From assembly GCF_001274935.1 (NCBI RefSeq), contig NZ_LILC01000016.1, positions 19,914 to 51,913 of the forward strand: a stretch of DNA of 32,000 nucleotides, given 5' to 3'. This stretch comes from Priestia koreensis (GTDB lineage Bacteria; Bacillota; Bacilli; Bacillales; Bacillaceae_H). The notes under the pieces were generated by a model. That model had not been told where the DNA came from. It searched no databases and saw only the letters and a program-made list of their open reading frames with translations. The position numbers were made by a program, and so were the translations under genes. Positions 30,913 through 32,000 of the stretch are shown here, piece by piece (the stretch's first letter is position 1; each line of letters opens with the position of its first letter).

Positions 30913-31836
30913 TCACCTAAGATATCCTTCTTTTAAGTACTTCGTCACCACTTCTTCAAACAGTTCCTCTTCCTCATAATGTGGCGTATGAGCGCTGTTT
31001 AAAAAGGTATAAACAGCTCCTTCTTTTGCACCTGCCACAAACACGTTTACTTGCTCTTCACACGTGACAACATCATATTTCCCGAGCAGAAGCAGCATCG
31101 GTACAGTAACATCAGCAAGAAGTGGAAGAAGCGATTGAAAAATTCGCCCTTCATCGCGCAGAAGATTGTAATGAATTTCTGATCGGTCATAGAAGATCTC
31201 CCACTCGTCATCGGTATAAACCGAAAAATCGGTTGAAACAGAGTTATGCCGTCTGTAAATTTCCATTCTCTTGTCGCCTAAACCTTGACTAAGATCCATA
31301 TACCCCTCGACAAGCTCACGAGTCGAGGGATTCGTTTTCATAAAAGCGACGCATTTTTTCAATTCTTCTGTCTGACCGTATTGACTATAAAGACTAGCCG
31401 TTCGTTTCAGCAACGCTTTAGCTGTCAATGCAAAATCAAACGTTGGCCCTTCTAGGATAAGATGGTCAATCGATTGTGGGTATTTCAAAGCATATCGTAC
31501 GCTTAAATACCCACCGAATGAATGACCAATGACGGACCATTTTTTAATTCCGAGCTGCTTACGAATACATTCACAATCCTCAATTAAATCCTCTAATCGT
31601 AGCGATTCGCCCGGGTTTATGCCTTCCGATCGGCACACACCGCGCTGCTCGATAATAATTACTTCAAAGGACCGACTCAAACGATATGCTTGATGATAGG
31701 AGAAATCATAACTTCCTTCACCAGGTCCCCCGTGTAAATACAAAATCGCCTGCTCATTTTCTTGACCGTAATGCTCGACAAATATCTTTTTACCATCACA
31801 TTCGATATATTTCCCTTGAATCATACCTCGTTCCAT
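30913..31836 (-). CDS. Alpha/beta hydrolase, proline-iminopeptidase-like family
   Basis: Start moved to ATG 31836 (MERGMIQGKY), with GGGAGG 7 nt upstream. The predicted promoter at 31881-31909 lies upstream of this start and overlaps the longer ORF-track start. Motifs are HGGPG, GHSFGG and a late H. Confidence 0.82.
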   Translation of the reverse strand: MERGMIQGKYIECDGKKIFVEHYGQENEQAILYLHGGPGEGSYDFSYHQAYRLSRSFEVIIIEQRGVCRSEGINPGESLRLEDLIEDCECIRKQLGIKKWSVIGHSFGGYLSVRYALKYPQSIDHLILEGPTFDFALTAKALLKRTASLYSQYGQTEELKKCVAFMKTNPSTRELVEGYMDLSQGLGDKRMEIYRRHNSVSTDFSVYTDDEWEIFYDRSEIHYNLLRDEGRIFQSLLPLLADVTVPMLLLLGKYDVVTCEEQVNVFVAGAKEGAVYTFLNSAHTPHYEEEELFEEVVTKYLKEGYLR

Positions 31837-31880
31837 TAAAATGCCTCCCTTTTCGTTTTGAATGATAAATGATGGCTTCA

Positions 31881-31909
31881 TTTATAAGGAGGCGAACGGG
31901 CAGTGGCAA
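31881..31909 (-). promoter_or_regulatory. Sigma-A promoter for the iminopeptidase-like gene
   Basis: Minus strand reads TTGCCA (31904-31909) - 17 nt - TATAAA (31881-31886). Confidence 0.5.
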
Positions 31910-32000
31910 TAACCGTGCGTTAATGATGATGCTCCAATGATTTCATATGTATCTTCCCTTCTATCCAAAAATTTGGGCGGCGATGCTGTACAGATCTCCA

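Noticed and set aside
31920-32000. Possible 3' end of a minus-strand gene (... WIEGKIHMKSLEHHH stop) at the window edge
   Set aside because: Only 27 codons are visible. I recognise no motif, and I cannot tell it from a chance open frame.
1-32000. Search for CRISPR arrays, tRNA/rRNA genes, IS elements, long direct or inverted repeats and integrases
   Set aside because: Reading through, I noticed no spaced repeat arrays, no tRNA T-arm (GGTTCGAATCC-like) signatures and no transposase- or recombinase-like ORFs. A by-eye scan can miss diverged or short elements.

Overview
The window looks like a low-GC Firmicute (Bacillaceae-type) chromosomal segment. The evidence is GGAGG-type Shine-Dalgarno sites, frequent TTG/GTG starts, a T-box leader, and YkcB/YkcC-, GtaB- and Rel-like proteins. 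It is densely coding, with about 40 CDS on both strands, mostly one- to four-gene units separated by clear rho-independent hairpins. I saw no rRNA, tRNA, CRISPR array, transposase or integrase. Main content: a truncated MtaD-like deaminase; a five-gene envelope-glycosylation operon (GT-C YkcB-like, GT2 YkcC-like, GtrA, GalU, Cof-type HAD); a CNNM/CorC Mg-transporter-like gene; a short-form MetRS behind a Met-specific T-box; a PadR plus membrane HAAS-like pair; an ArsR regulator with two DUF606/YdcZ half-transporters; a signal-peptide-less GH25 muramidase; and many small accessory enzymes (4 GNATs, 3 alpha/beta hydrolases, Nudix, isochorismatase-like, APH-like kinase, MFS, MarC). The most unusual item is a 462-aa Rel/SpoT homologue (23401-24789). 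It keeps an intact HD hydrolase domain and a TGS domain, but its synthetase domain has visibly degenerate catalytic motifs and it lacks all C-terminal regulatory domains. Other points worth follow-up are listed here.
- A leaderless ArsR gene, with a 20-bp operator-like motif duplicated in front of the DUF606 pair.
- A sigma-K-like promoter in front of the GH25 lysin.
- An SD separated from its TTG start by a perfect hairpin.
- An 800-bp non-coding spacer with duplicated mini-ORF heads.
- Several unannotated small membrane ORFs.
All functional calls rest on my own reading of motifs. No database search was run.
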